A stretch of 64,000 nucleotides of DNA, taken from NCBI GenBank assembly GCA_965112155.1, contig OZ218098.1, one strand, 5' to 3'. Source of the DNA: Podarcis liolepis. Taxonomy: Eukaryota. Each line of letters opens with the position of its first letter. Position 1 is the first letter of the stretch. Under the pieces are notes generated by a model that was given only the letters and a program-made list of their open reading frames with translations, had not been told where the DNA came from and searched no databases. Position numbers and translations under genes: made by a program. Of this stretch, positions 36,037 through 48,805 are shown piece after piece.

Positions 36037-37466
36037 TAGAAGTTTGCTTCTAGGAAATGACTAATGACCCAATGGCTGATCATAAGAATAATGTTATGCT
36101 TAAATGAATGGAAGGTTATTGAAGCATACAAAAAAGGGTTTAATGCAGGAACAAAAATGAGGATCTGGCCAGTGGGCCAGATCCTGAACTCCTCCAACCC
36201 CTGGAGACCAATTTTGGCTGACCACCTGTTACTCACCTGATTTCAGGTGAAACAACTTCAAAGTCAATCCCTTCAGGGCTTTGCTGTAATCCTTTGATCA
36301 GCTGCATGAAAAAGTTCCCCTTGTGGGGAACTACGGAATACTCCAGTGGAAAATCTACAGAAATAAGTTGTATGCAATATTAGTCATACTCTGAGTAATC
36401 CCATTGAAATGAATGGACATGATTAACCTAGGTCAATTCATTTCAGTGGGTCTGCTCTGTTGAAACTTTATTTTAGTGGGTTGCATCCAACTATTTCCTT
36501 AGTTTTCAAAGACTAAGAAAAAAAGGACTCTCCAACCCCGCCCTCAGAAGTACTTCCATTCTCAAAAGATCAGCTTTGGCCTGGTTCCCACTAGGACCTT
36601 TCCTTTATCACGGCTTCTAATGGGATGAATATGCTTGGAGTTCTAGTCTAGACACAGTGCCAGCAGCCATGGATGTTGTGAAGTCCAGACCTGCTAGTAC
36701 CCTAGGCACTTGGCATGAATAAAAGAGAAATTGAACCAAACATGCTTAGCTTGGAGGAAGTTTTCAAGATCTGTCTTGTATAAGCTGAAACATGCCCTTT
36801 CTCCTGTTCACTGGTTTTAAATTAACTTTTAAAATAAACATTACTAGTGACGAGTGATCCAAGACCTAGATCAGGTGCAGGGTAATGAGAGAGGCACCTG
36901 TTTATCTGCAGAACTCGCCTCCTAGGTTTAGAAGGCTTGTAATGTCACACGGGAGCACATTTTTTGACTTCTAAAGGGATCTGTTGTAAGCTTCATGGTA
37001 AGAATGATTTGCAGAAGTCAGCACAGGTTTGACACAAATGGTTCCTTCCAGACTAATCCTACCTGTGTTTTTAGATTGGATTCCTAAATTAGTGGATTAT
37101 GGAAATGCTCTGGGTATAATTTAATTCTGGTCATAATTCAATAAATCATTTCACAACCCCCCCCATATATTTCAGTTAGCAAAGTGGTTAAATTGACTGC
37201 ACTAGTGTTTAGGAACTTGGCACATAATTTGACAAGGTGCCAGTGAGCATACAGAATTCTTTGTGTCTAGGTTCTGCCCTATTTGCGTGAGAAATCCCCA
37301 GCGTACATGCTTTCCTAGTCAAAGAATAGATCAGGTCTGCAATGGCACACATGTAGGGTTATGTCTCGGCCCAGGGATGTACACCTTGGATGATGGTGAA
37401 ATAATTTATATAGTGCTGCAACAGCACCATATTTGCCTTTCTTTTAACATATTTGTATGCCTTTAG

Positions 37467-37562
37467 GATTCCAGGCCTCGCCTCTTCCTTATCGGCTGCA
37501 TAGGCGTCAGTGGAAAGACCAAATGGGATGTTCTTGATGGCGTTGTTAGAAGGCTGTTTAAG
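37467..37562 (+). CDS. NAV2: NAV2 coding exon (DSRPRLFLIGCIGVSGKTKWDVLDGVVRRLFK)
   Basis: cctttag|GAT acceptor, AAG|gtgaac donor. Confidence 0.95.
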
Positions 37563-37996
37563 GTGAACATTGTTATTTTTGTTACTTCTAACAACTTGGA
37601 TAGCTTTGAAAGCTATTATTTTTTATTTAGGCAGAAAACTCTTCTGACAGGTTCCTTTGCTTCATCAGTTTAAAGTGAGGCTTCCCCAAGGCCTGATGTA
37701 CCGCAGCCTGCAAAACATACTAACTGGAGCATCGTATTTCTCTTTATGTTGTATACATTATTTTTTTTACACCGTATATAATGTAGGCTTCTGAAAAGTC
37801 ATTAAGTACTGGCTGCAGTGTGTGCTAAATAATCTTACTTTATTTCAACATTCCTATCTTTAAAACAAAAAAAGTCAAAAGAGAAGGCCAAATGCACAAT
37901 GTATATCTGGTCATATGGTACATCCTTCTTGACCACTGCAGCCTCCCAGCTCCAGAGGTTCAAATAAATGCCAACTGAGGATATTCAAGACCTGTA

Positions 37997-38238
37997 CAGT
38001 GGTACCTTGGGTTACATACACTTCAGGTTACATACGCTTCAGGTTACAGACTCTGCTAACCCAGAAATATTACCTCGGGTTAAGAACTTTGCTTCAGGAT
38101 GAAAACAGAAATCATGCTCCAGCGGCGGGGCAGCAGTGGAAGGCCCCATTAGCTAAAGTGGTGCTTCAGGTTAAGAACGGTTTCAGGTTAAGAACGGACC
38201 TCCGGAACGAATTAAGTACTTTACCCGAGGTACCACTG
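37997..38238. mobile_element. Tc1/mariner (Tigger-like) MITE
   Basis: TIRs CAGTGGTACCTTGGGT / ACCCGAGGTACCACTG; TA TSD. Confidence 0.9.
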
Positions 38239-38993
38239 TACTTCCATTGTAATATGCAGTGTGGCAACTGACACTTTTCCTCTGATACTTGTGATCTCAC
38301 TGAAGGAAGAGGTTTCATGCATTATGCCATAGCCTGAAATGGAGGACTGTAAGAAATACCTTGCTGGGTGAGGTCAAAATTCCACCTAATTCATTCTTTC
38401 CCACCTATGTTGTTGAACCACTCCTCCCATCATCTCTAAAGCTTTTGCTGGCTGGAGCTGATAGGAGCTGGGAGTTCAAGAACATTCAAGGACTCAACAT
38501 CCGGGAAACACCTTGTCCAAAAGTAGCCTGCCAGATGCCTCTGAAAGTTCACAACCAGTGTAGGGAGATGGCAACACCCCCTGTTGCTGTTGTTTTTGTC
38601 CAGCACCTGGCCTCTTTTCATAATGTATACAGGGCTTCATATGTGTCTGCACCTCTTAATTTAAATATACAGTGCATATACAATACATTTCACATAGACA
38701 GAAAAGTCCTATATTAACTCTCTTACATGGAAACTGAGTGTGATGGTGCAACAAGTACTGAAATCTCTAGTGAGTCTGCTGATATGCTATGTGGTTTTTG
38801 CATATATCTGTTACCCTTTCCCTCTCTTTACTCTTTGATTAAAGTAGACTTTGGGTTTGCCTTTCTTCATTGCACAAATTAGTTCATTTTCAAAATGAAA
38901 AATTCAGTTGTGAAATTTCAATATTAGGGAACCAAGACCCTTGAAGATAAGGTTGATGTATTGTTATTATTCTTTTCTACTTCCCTTTCACAG

Positions 38994-39162
38994 GAATACA
39001 TCATTCATGTTGATCCTGTGAGTCAGCTAGGGTTGAACTCAGACAGCGTCCTGGGATACAGCATTGGGGAAATTGTTCGCACAAATAGCATGGAGACACC
39101 TGAGCTGCTTCCCTGTGGCTATCTGGTTGGTGAAAACAATACCATATCGGTGACTATCAAAG
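38994..39162 (+). CDS. NAV2: NAV2 coding exon (EYIIHVDPVSQLGL...PELLPCGYLVG...TIK)
   Basis: tttcacag|GAA acceptor, AAAG|gtaaat donor. Confidence 0.95.
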
Positions 39163-40539
39163 GTAAATTATAGGTGATCCATTTGTTACTGTTCTTTGTA
39201 ATTACAGGTTTTGCCAGGCGTTGGAGAAACCTCAGAGGAGCAAGAGACATTTTCATGAGTTTCTTTCTTCTTCCTATCCTTTTCATGTCTTTCTTTGAGT
39301 GAAAAGTTCCAAATGAAGAAGCATTCATGTTCACTGACGTTAGGGTGGTTGCATAAAAAAAAGGAACAGGGATCTTACACCTTGGAACTGCTGTATAGAA
39401 GATGGAATTTCAGCCAGTATTTTTGCTTGTTTGTAATTGTTGACTATCAGGCAAGCTTCGACTGCTGAAGTTTATTTATGTATATTTCAAGTTATTTATT
39501 TAGGCATTTCAAGAACTACGCTAATTCTGGATTTTAAGAGTCAGGTTATAGTACATATATTTTTATACGATCAAAGTGCTTTTTAAGTCGTTTCATGGTA
39601 ACATTTCTACCTTCCAGATATACAGCTGTTCATACAAATGTTTAAGCTTGATAATTTTTAGCAGGTGATAAACATTCCATCCCTATGTATTCTCCCAGCT
39701 GAAGTTCCATCTGCGGGATTCTAAGAATTGCTGACCTTTTTCACAGTCAATTCTCCCTGCTGACATTGCTTGTATTCTCTCCCCCCACCCCCCGGTGGAA
39801 GTTTTTCTGCCAGAAAACATAACATTCCCTCTAATATTAAACTTTGGCAGCGAGTGCCAACAGCTATGTAGTCAAAACACAGCCACTAAGAAACAGAAGG
39901 GAAGTATCAATATGCTCAGAAGAATGCCTTGGTTTACAGAAATATGTGTGCAGATACATTTCTAAACAAAAAAATATGGAGGAAGAAAATATTTTTAAAG
40001 CTAAGAGAGAACCACCACCACCCTGGGGTAACCATGAAATATTGAATATCAGTTGGAGGGAGGGGGAACCCACAGAAAAGGGGCAAGGGGCAATGGAACA
40101 AATTGTCGTGGCTAATGAGAACCCTGCCATGACTAGCTGGCTAGTTGGAATTCTGAACAGAAAAAATCCACACTGCAATGTTTCATTGTAGTCTCCCTTG
40201 TTTATCCCATAATGTACAAAACAAGATTCAACATATCACTTGGTTTTTCAGGGGAAAGAGAAGTATTTTGAATTCAGAGGAAATTTTTATGGGGTGGAGG
40301 CGGGGATGCTGTTTTAAAGTGAGCAAAGTGTGGCATATTTACATGACAATCATCGTAAATGTGTAGAATCTGGAAGCATGAATCTACCCTCTTGAGCCTT
40401 GGCTTCTTAGAGCTAGTCTAAGGGGAGTGACTACTGTGTGGGTCCAGGAAGTGATCAGTGCTTCATTGGAAGTACCATCCACCTTGATGGAGGCACTGGT
40501 GTGTTCCCTCCTGTAAACCTAGAAGTACATAACAATTAT

Positions 40540-41080
40540 CTAGAAGCACAGAAATATTGAGTTGGAAGAGACCCCAAGGGTCATCTGGTCCAACCCCAAT
40601 GCAGGAATCTCAGCTAAAGCACCCATGACAGATGGCCGTCCAACCTCTGCTTAAAGACTTCCAAAGAAGGAGAGTCCATCGGCTTCCAAGGGAGTTCATT
40701 CCATTGTTCAACAGCTCTTACCATCAGAAAGTTCTTCCTGATGTTTAGTTGGAATCTCCTTTCTTGTAATTTGAAGCCGTTGCTTCGGGTCTTAGCCTTT
40801 GGAGCAGGAGAAAACAAGCTTGCTCTATCTTCCATGCGAGAGTCCTTTAGATCAGGCATAGGCAAACTCGGCCCTCCAGATGTTTTGGGACTACAGCTCC
40901 CATCATCCCTAGCTGGTCAGGAATGATGGGAATTGTAGTCTCAAAACATCTGGAGGGCCGAGTTTGCCTATGCCTGCTTTAGATATTTGAAGATGGCTAT
41001 CGGATCTCCTCCCCTCTTAACCAGGCTAAACTCCCTCAACCATTCCTCATAAGCTTGATTTCCAGCCCCTTGATAATCAC
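40540..41080 (-). mobile_element. CR1 LINE 3' fragment interrupted by a MITE
   Basis: Reverse frame gives TRSNGFKLQERRFQLNIRKNFL...WNELP...FKQRLDGHL, the CR1 ORF2 C-terminus. Confidence 0.9.
40853..40976. mobile_element. 124-bp palindromic hAT MITE
   Basis: Near-perfect fold-back CAGGCATAGGCAAACTCGGCCCTCCAGATGTTTTG...; perfect TSD ctttagat. Confidence 0.93.
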
Positions 41081-41443
41081 AGGACTTCAAGTGTGTTCTG
41101 GCCATGGTGGAATACATTGAAGCTGAATCCTTATCAGACAGGTGTATTAAGTATCCTCAGTTTGAGAGGTGGGAAGGCAGCTTGTTCTGGACAGAGTTGC
41201 ACTCCCCTGAAGTGAGCAAGTTTAGGAAAGCCTATCCAGACATGTAGATGCTGAAGTGTTTTAATCTATTTTATGGTTGGTTTTAATTATATTTAAATGG
41301 TTTTTCTTATAATTTAAATAGTTGTTGTAAACCACTTAGAGATTGTGCTACAATAAAGTGGTCTATAAATTTTGTTAAATAAAATCTTCTAGAGGTAACT
41401 TTTAGTTCTTAAGTTTTGAATGCCATGTCTTCTGCTGTTACAG

Positions 41444-41679
41444 GGATTGCAGAGAATAGTTTGGACTGCCTGGTCTTTGAGTCCCTGATCCCCAAGCCTA
41501 TTCTGCAGCGCTATGTGTCACTCCTGATGGAGCACAGGAGAATCATCTTATCTGGCCCAAGCGGCACAGGAAAGACCTACCTAGCCAATCGTCTGTCAGA
41601 GTACATGGTTCTTAGAGAGGGCAGGGAGCTGGCTGATGGTGCTATTGCAACATTTAATGTGGATCACAAGTCCAGTAAG
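41444..41679 (+). CDS. NAV2: NAV2 AAA+ ATPase exon with Walker A GPSGTGKT (41554-41577)
   Basis: gttacag|GG acceptor, AAG|gtgagt donor; RIILSGPSGTGKTYLA. Confidence 0.97.
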
Positions 41680-42853
41680 GTGAGTATTCATATAATTGAC
41701 TCCCCCCCCCCAAGTTTACTATTTACAAATCAAAATAATTTGTTCCTGAGCAGCTGATTGGTGCAATAAAGGCTCTGATGCATTTGCCTGCCTTGCAGGC
41801 ATGCAGGTGACACTATTCTTGTAGGGTGAGCTGATGTTTCTTCTAGGTGGGATCTGAAGGACTGTAATCTTAGGAGACACCCGTGAACTCCCCAGCATGA
41901 AATCAACCAGTCAGTCATTTTGTTTGTATGCTGCCTTTCCAACTTTAAGACCATGTTCAAGGCGGTTTACAACGTATAAAAAGTTACATAACTACAAACA
42001 TAACAAATGGAGCCAGATTTCCACCTAAATCACAAGATCCGAAATAAAGATACAAAAAAATAACAGCAGCAACAACCACACCCCAACAAAAAGCCCTCAA
42101 CAATACCTCAGCCTAAGATTCTGTTCAGCAGCCTTAGCTTTTGTAGCTGGAATCAGTCAGGGCCCTGCCCTCCCAGGCCATGTGGAAAAAGGCCTGCAAG
42201 AGGACCACTTTTTCTGTCTAGTGAAGAATAGTATTCAGTTACTAATTAATGTCCTCCTAGGAGTCCTCCATTTTGTAATTCTGAGCCTGTGTCCTGTGCA
42301 ATGACATTCTTGGACCTGGTAGCTTTTTGTAGAAGGCTTTGTGCAGAAAACTAGTTGATACCTTGGTGACTTTACCTGGCCAAACCTGGCAGCCCCAATT
42401 TTGTTACCCTCATCCTGTCATGCAATGCATGCTTTTCATGGTCCTGGCTCCACCCTGTCCCCAGACACCACCTCTCGTTACATGATCACTTCAAGAGAGA
42501 TCTGTTAATGCCTACAGAGGCAATCTCAATTCTTTGGGGGTATCAGGGGACATCTGTGAACTGCCCCAGAATGAAAGAGGACCACCTTTTCCTGTCTCGT
42601 GTGAAATAGCATTTAGTGGGATCATAGTCAGCTTTTCAATTAAGATTCTAAGCAAGATGTCAAATTTATCTGAGCTATTATACACTCTATTCAAAAGCTT
42701 ATTTCTCTTGGGAGAATGTTGGCGCTGTGTAGTTTGCTATCACACCCTTAACAGAAGACTGTTCTACCACTGAATCCAGCCACTTTCATTTCTTTCAAGA
42801 TCTTCAAAAGAAATGTCTGAAAGCCAATTTTCTCTTTTGCATCTGCATCACAG

Positions 42854-43008
42854 GAACTCCGCCAATACCTCTCCAACCTTGCCGACCAATGCAATAGTGA
42901 AAACAATGCTGTGGAGATGCCTCTTGTGATCATCCTGGACAACTTGCATCATGTCAGCTCCCTGGGAGAGATCTTCAATGGGCTCTTGAACTGCAAGTAC
43001 CACAAATG
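42854..43008 (+). CDS. NAV2: NAV2 AAA+ exon with Walker B-like VIILDNL
   Basis: atcacag|GAA acceptor, AATG|gtaaca donor; ELRQYLSNLADQC...YHKC. Confidence 0.95.
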
Positions 43009-43969
43009 GTAACAGCATGTTCTGCCTCAAACTTTCATGAAAGGAAAGTGTGTTTGCTCCAGGTGCATTCCTTGAGACTTGACCTGGCTGGATCCAACTC
43101 ATTAGTTGCTCGTGATACTATTGAAATCAAACGTGAAAAATTAGCCATGGCTTAGTTCCCATTGAAATCAGTGGGATTTAACTGAAGTGACCTTTTTTAG
43201 GGCGTAATCCAAACTCCCCAATACCACCAGTAGTGTGGCTTTGCAGAGCAGCAAGGCCACTGTCTCATCCTCAGCCCTATCAGTCATGGCAGCAGAAGGT
43301 GCAAGGTTCAGGATAATTCGAGGCCATGCTGTTTTCAATGACATTAAGATTTGCTTGGGATCCAGTGGATCCTGCGCTTGCTCAGCCTCACCCTTGGAAC
43401 ACCCAGGTCTGAGGCTTCTGGTGGTTCATGCCAGTGAAGACCCCAGTAATGGGGCTTCCTGACCACCGGCATGTTCAGCAGGAGCCTAGTTGAGCCAGGA
43501 AAGCTTGTGGAGAGACATCTCTGCCTAATCCAAACCACCACCCCAGCCTGGCATGGGGGCTGATTTTTTCTGCCCATCTTGGTCCAACCCAGAATAAATA
43601 AAATGTATAAGACCTGCAACCAAAGATTTAGTAGGCTGGTGGGTTAGTTGATATTAAAATGTGGAATTTATCCACCCTGTGCAGTATTCTCCCCCCGCCC
43701 CCCATTATTCATTCACAGATTCTGTACCTTCTGTTTCTTAAGCAGATGAAATATTCTGAAATGTTCTGTAAAATCACAGATACTCTCAGCCAATACTGTG
43801 TGAGGGATGGAGAGGTCTGATCATTGTTGTTTAGGCTCAGATAGTTTTCCTTCACATGCCAGTGTTAGTAGCAAAAAAGTAGATAATGTGATTACTTAAA
43901 GATTTTCTTTTCTTTTTTTTACATACTGTGTTTTCTAGACGTTAATACTGACTGATCTGTTTCCCACAG

Positions 43970-44238
43970 TCCCTACATTATTGGAACTATGAACCAGGCA
44001 ACTTCCTCTACACCAAACCTTCAGCTCCACCACAACTTCAGATGGGTGCTGTGTGCCAACCACACTGAGCCAGTCAAGGGCTTTCTTGGCCGTTTCTTGA
44101 GAAGAAAGCTCATTGAAACGGAGATTGGTGGCCGTATGAGAAATGCGGAACTAATTAAAATTATAGACTGGATTCCCAAAGTCTGGCAGCATCTCAACAA
44201 GTTCTTAGAGGCTCACAGCTCTTCAGATGTTACTATTG
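43970..44238 (+). CDS. NAV2: NAV2 269-nt coding exon (PYIIGTMNQ...HHNFRWVLCANH...SSDVTIG)
   Basis: ttcccacag|T acceptor, ATTG|gtgaga donor; frame uninterrupted. Confidence 0.95.
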
Positions 44239-44680
44239 GTGAGAACTCAGAATTATCTGTTAGAGCTCTTGACGCATTTCTAAACACTTGGTCGAGAACA
44301 TAGATTTCATCTCTACATAAGATAATGGTTTAGTTTTTCCTTAGTGTCCTAATTACATTAAAAATGAGAGCTTTATGAGGCATGGAATCAGGTACATTAC
44401 GCTTTTTGTTATAATGTGAACCCTATAAAAATAGGTTGTGCCCAACTATTGAGGGAGCTTGATTTTAAATGCCTGCTCACTAAAGATGCCATAGCAAATG
44501 TTCAACTTGTAGATAAATCCTAGTCTATTATTATGGGTTAACTGGCTCCTTTGTTGGTGCAGTGCTTTATCCTAAGTGTTTCTCCTCTCTTGTCATTTTT
44601 TGCTTGATGTTGTGGCTGTAATTAAATCCATATTCACGAAAGATGCTTGGCATATGTAACCTTCTCCTTTTTTCTCACAG

Positions 44681-44799
44681 GTCCAAGACTCTTTCTCTCC
44701 TGCCCTATAGATGTCGACGGTTCTAGGGTTTGGTTTACTGACCTGTGGAACTACTCTATTGTTCCCTATCTTCTTGAGGCTGTCAGAGAAGGGCTACAG
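44681..44799 (+). CDS. NAV2: NAV2 coding exon (PRLFLSCP...WFTDLWNYSIVPYLLEAVREGLQ)
   Basis: ttctcacag|GT acceptor, CAG|gtaagg donor. Confidence 0.96.
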
Positions 44800-44909
44800 G
44801 TAAGGAGCTTGCATATGAACTACACCTACTCAAAGAGTGTGGGCATGGGGGAATAACAGATACAGCACAACCTAGGTCTTCACGTCTCATTTATTTGTTC
44901 TGTTTTACT

Positions 44910-45135
44910 CTGTTTATACCCCACCTTTCCTTCAAGGAGCTCAAGGTGGTGTAGATGGTTCTCTTCCTCCCTGTTTTATCCTCACAACAACCCTGGGAGG
45001 TAGCTTAGGCTGAGAGGCCATGACCGGCCCCAGATCTGCTCCCCCGCCCCCAGGTGTGTTTTATTTGCTCAGATTTGAACCCTGGTCTCCCAGGTACCAG
45101 CCCAACCCTCTAACCACTACACCACACTGTCTCTC
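44910..45135 (-). mobile_element. tRNA-derived SINE (MIR/Squam3-like)
   Basis: Reverse A and B boxes (ctaaccactacaccacactg; gatttgaaccc) and atcctcacaacaaccctg core. Confidence 0.75.
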
Positions 45136-46450
45136 CTTCAAGCCAGTCACAGCCCACCAACCATTTAATAGCCTGACAGGAGCTTGGCAAACCCAAGTAT
45201 GCCTCAGAAGCTTGTGAGGGAACTCTCCCTATGAGAGCATTAATGTTGGGCAAACTCACTCAGCAACAAGTCCCCGACAGGCATTGAAAAGAAGAATATT
45301 TCCTTCCCCCACTTTTGACATTGTTTGGCTTTTGGAGTCACGAGTTAGGCAGACTTGCATTAATGCTTTCTTTAGCTTGGAAAGGAATTGCACCAATACC
45401 CAGTGGGTTAGACCTAGACTTGGTGGGAACACAACTCTGTTAATGGGACTCATCTACTGGAGGAAAGCGATTTTCACCAGTTCCTCCTGCAGCCCTCTCT
45501 ATGCTCTGTTGGGCGACACTCACAGTGTTGAAGCCTCCACTGGATCAGATTCTGCTAACTAAATTAGCTTTTCTTTTCATGCAAGCACATGTCTGGAGCT
45601 ATCTCACTCCATTTATTACTATCTTTTTAACAACACAGTATTCTTTGCATTGGAGTAAGATGTGGGGAAAGGACACTTCTCTCCGTAATTCAGGTAGTTT
45701 TGTTTGTCTTATCATTCAGAAGAACAAAGCAAAAGCAATGCAATTAAACTAGTTGTAACATTTTTGTAGAGGGTTTTTTTTTTTAAAAAAAGAAATATAT
45801 ATTAAATTCCTTTATGGTGCTTTAGGAGTCATTAAAGTGATTTAGGAGTCTTTTAGGACTGATTGAACTGATAGTGCTTAGTATCTTATTACAAGTTCTA
45901 ATTGTTCAGCAGTTTCAATCAGCTCAGACAACACTGCTATTGTTATCTCAGCCAGCATATCTGTGAAACAGACATGATAACTGCTGGTGACTCTGCATCT
46001 TAATCTATTTTGTGTTTCATGTTCCCATCCTCAACAAGTCAGTAACCATCTCAGTCTTGTAAGAAAGGACACCATTTGCTGCTGATTGTTTCCTATAGGA
46101 ATGTATGGGGATTCCTGTGGTTTTTCAGTGTCATAACTTGCTGGATGCACGGTGATCTGAAAGCATATTTCAGACACTTAAATGGCCTTGAATAAAGAAG
46201 AAAAAAAGGGGAAATAGTGTGATAAGTTTATAACCTTAACTTTAAGATTTAAGATATTTATTCCACATTTTTGGGAAAGGAGACTTGAAAGTGGAACTGG
46301 AATTTTATAAGCATCCATTTGCCAGGTTGAATCTCTGTCTTTGGAGTAGATATCCTCTTCTCTCCTTGTTCCACCTGGTGTCCTGTGCTTCATGGTGGGT
46401 TCTTCTGACATACCATTTGTTTGAGTGAGAGTCCCTGATTTTGGATTATA

Positions 46451-46469
46451 TGGCACCACCTAGCGGACA
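46451..46469 (-). promoter_or_regulatory. Candidate CTCF binding site (intronic)
   Basis: - strand reads TGTCCGCTAGGTGGTGCCA, close to consensus. Confidence 0.45.
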
Positions 46470-46830
46470 AATTTGCTCAGTAACCATTTGGCGTGCTCTC
46501 AGAGTAAAGCGTGAATTCTGTTAATTACTTAAACACACACCCTGCTTTCTGAGAAATCTCTACAAAGCATATTTCACTGTATATAGAATTGTTTTATTTC
46601 ATACATACCGTGATGTTTGTAGAACAATTCTGGATAGAGGAAGAATATACACCATGCTATATAGGTTCCTAAATGTTGTCAAATCAGATATGTCCTACAG
46701 AAGCTTCAAACTGTCAGAATCCAAAGGTAGCAAAATACGTAGACAGAGATTCCGTCTACCTCAAGTGTATGGATCAGTATTTCCCCCTCTTGTGTTTCTA
46801 AATGCCTTGGTCAAGAGAATGTTCACCATA

Positions 46831-46887
<57 letters not shown>
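46831..46887. repeat. (AT)5(AG)23 microsatellite
   Basis: Read directly. Confidence 0.95.
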
Positions 46888-46891
<4 letters not shown>

Positions 46892-48601
46892 AATGGCCAA
46901 ATGAATAAATGTACCACCCGATTTTTGTTTTAACTAATTGACTGGTTCGAAGGAAGACTGTTGAGAGCTCCCCAGTATTTTCTTTTAAAACTTAAGTTAA
47001 AATTTAACACTTAGGTTATGAAAGAGATGAATAGGAATAGGACTTTTTTTTGTGTCGTGTAACCCACTGCAGTCATGGGTTGCTCTTGAAATCTTTATGC
47101 CTGGAACGCTAATGACATTCTGATGTTCTCATAATGTATCTTTGCTCCCCGTGGGGTGGGTCTGCTTAATGTTCCACCATGTAAGCTGTCAGAACAGAGA
47201 AGCATAGCAAGTGAAAAACAATCCCCAAAAGGGCAGCCACCTTAAACTGTATTACAAGCATGAAAACATGAGCATTCATTTTCCTCTAGAAACCACTTTC
47301 TGTAACTTCAGCTTTCATCTTGCTCAAATGGTTTTGGCTGGCCCAAGACGCTTCATGTAAATACATTCACAAAAAGCCGTGGCTCCACAGAGCAGGGTTT
47401 GTGGTGTCTTTTTGCAAGCTACAGTCAAATCAAACCGCCTCTTCAAAGTGGCGAGGGCATGCGTGTTTGAAGTCAAAGACTAAAATGTGTGGAATCACCT
47501 GTTCCTTGGAAGCTTTTTGGCACCAAAGCTGGGGAAGCTTGCCAAGCACTGAACTGTAGTTCTTTGATGACTTTGAAGCCAAACATTCAAGCAAACAGTT
47601 TGGCAAGGGCACTTCTGAAGCTTAAAGCACATTTGGTCTAAAAGGACAGGAGATCAGAGAAGCTTCATACCTCTTATGTTGTTTACAAATTCTCAGAGGA
47701 GACGGTTGTCTATCCCTGAGTGCTTCCAGACAACCTGTTTATTGAGCATTCATCTTGATTTGTTTGCAGGGAGACTATTTAAAGACCATTCATTATGAAT
47801 TGAGGGGTTGTGGGGGGGAGGCGCTGATGACATTATGTGAAACCAAGTGTTATCCCGCACTTTCCTGTGCATTCTTCTTTTCCTTGCCTCGTTGCACATG
47901 CTCAGTTCTCATGAGCTGGCCAGCCCCATTAGTCCTTACTTTCAATTCACATGTACTAAGAGTTCATCCTAGGTACCTGCAGCGCATCAAGATCTCATGG
48001 TTGCGTGTGATATATGATATGGTAGGGGCACTTTGGTCCCACCATTCTCCTTGAGGAAACCCGCATAAACGTCTGAGGAATCCCAGGCTTTCTCAGAACA
48101 CAGAAAACCATTGCTGTGATGGTTGTGACCTATGAGAAATCCAGATGCTCGGACACCTCCAAATGCTTGGGAATCACCATTCCACATCAGTTGCAATGAA
48201 CAGGCAACCCAGGAACAGTTAGAGCTTGGTGCTTAAAGGAGGAAGCACACAGAGCTCTGGCTGTTCTTGGCCCAGACATTTTTTACACAATGGGAGATTC
48301 CTCTTGTGAAATGTCATGACAAACCAAGAGGCTATACCTTAAAGGCCTATATATCCCCACCGCACTCACCATCCTCCACCCCTCCGCCTCTTTTCTTTCC
48401 AACTTTATACTGCATGCAGCACTAATTCCTCGCAACAAAGAAAACTGATCTGTAGAGATCACAACTTAAAAATGAGACAATGCACATATTTTTGAAAATT
48501 AGAAAAATCTTTAATAGAAATTTGTTTGTTTTTTTTAAAGGACCTGTATATTGAAAAAAATTATATTTTAATGAGGGACGATGTCTTGTTCTTGCTTGCA
48601 G

Positions 48602-48805
48602 TTGTATGGAAGAAGAGCACCATGGGAAGACCCTGCCAAATGGGTAATGGACACTTACCCGTGGGCAGCCACCCCACAACACCACGAATGGCCTCCTTTG
48701 CTGCAACTGCGGCCAGAAGATGTTGGATTTGATGGGTACTCCATGCCTCGGGAAGGTTCAACCAGCAAGCAAGTTCCACCTAGTGATGCCGAAGGAGATC
48801 CTCTG
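48602..48805 (+). CDS. NAV2: NAV2 penultimate coding exon (LYGRRAPWEDP...LRPEDVG...GDPL)
   Basis: cttgcag|TTG acceptor, CTG|gtgaga donor. Confidence 0.96.
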
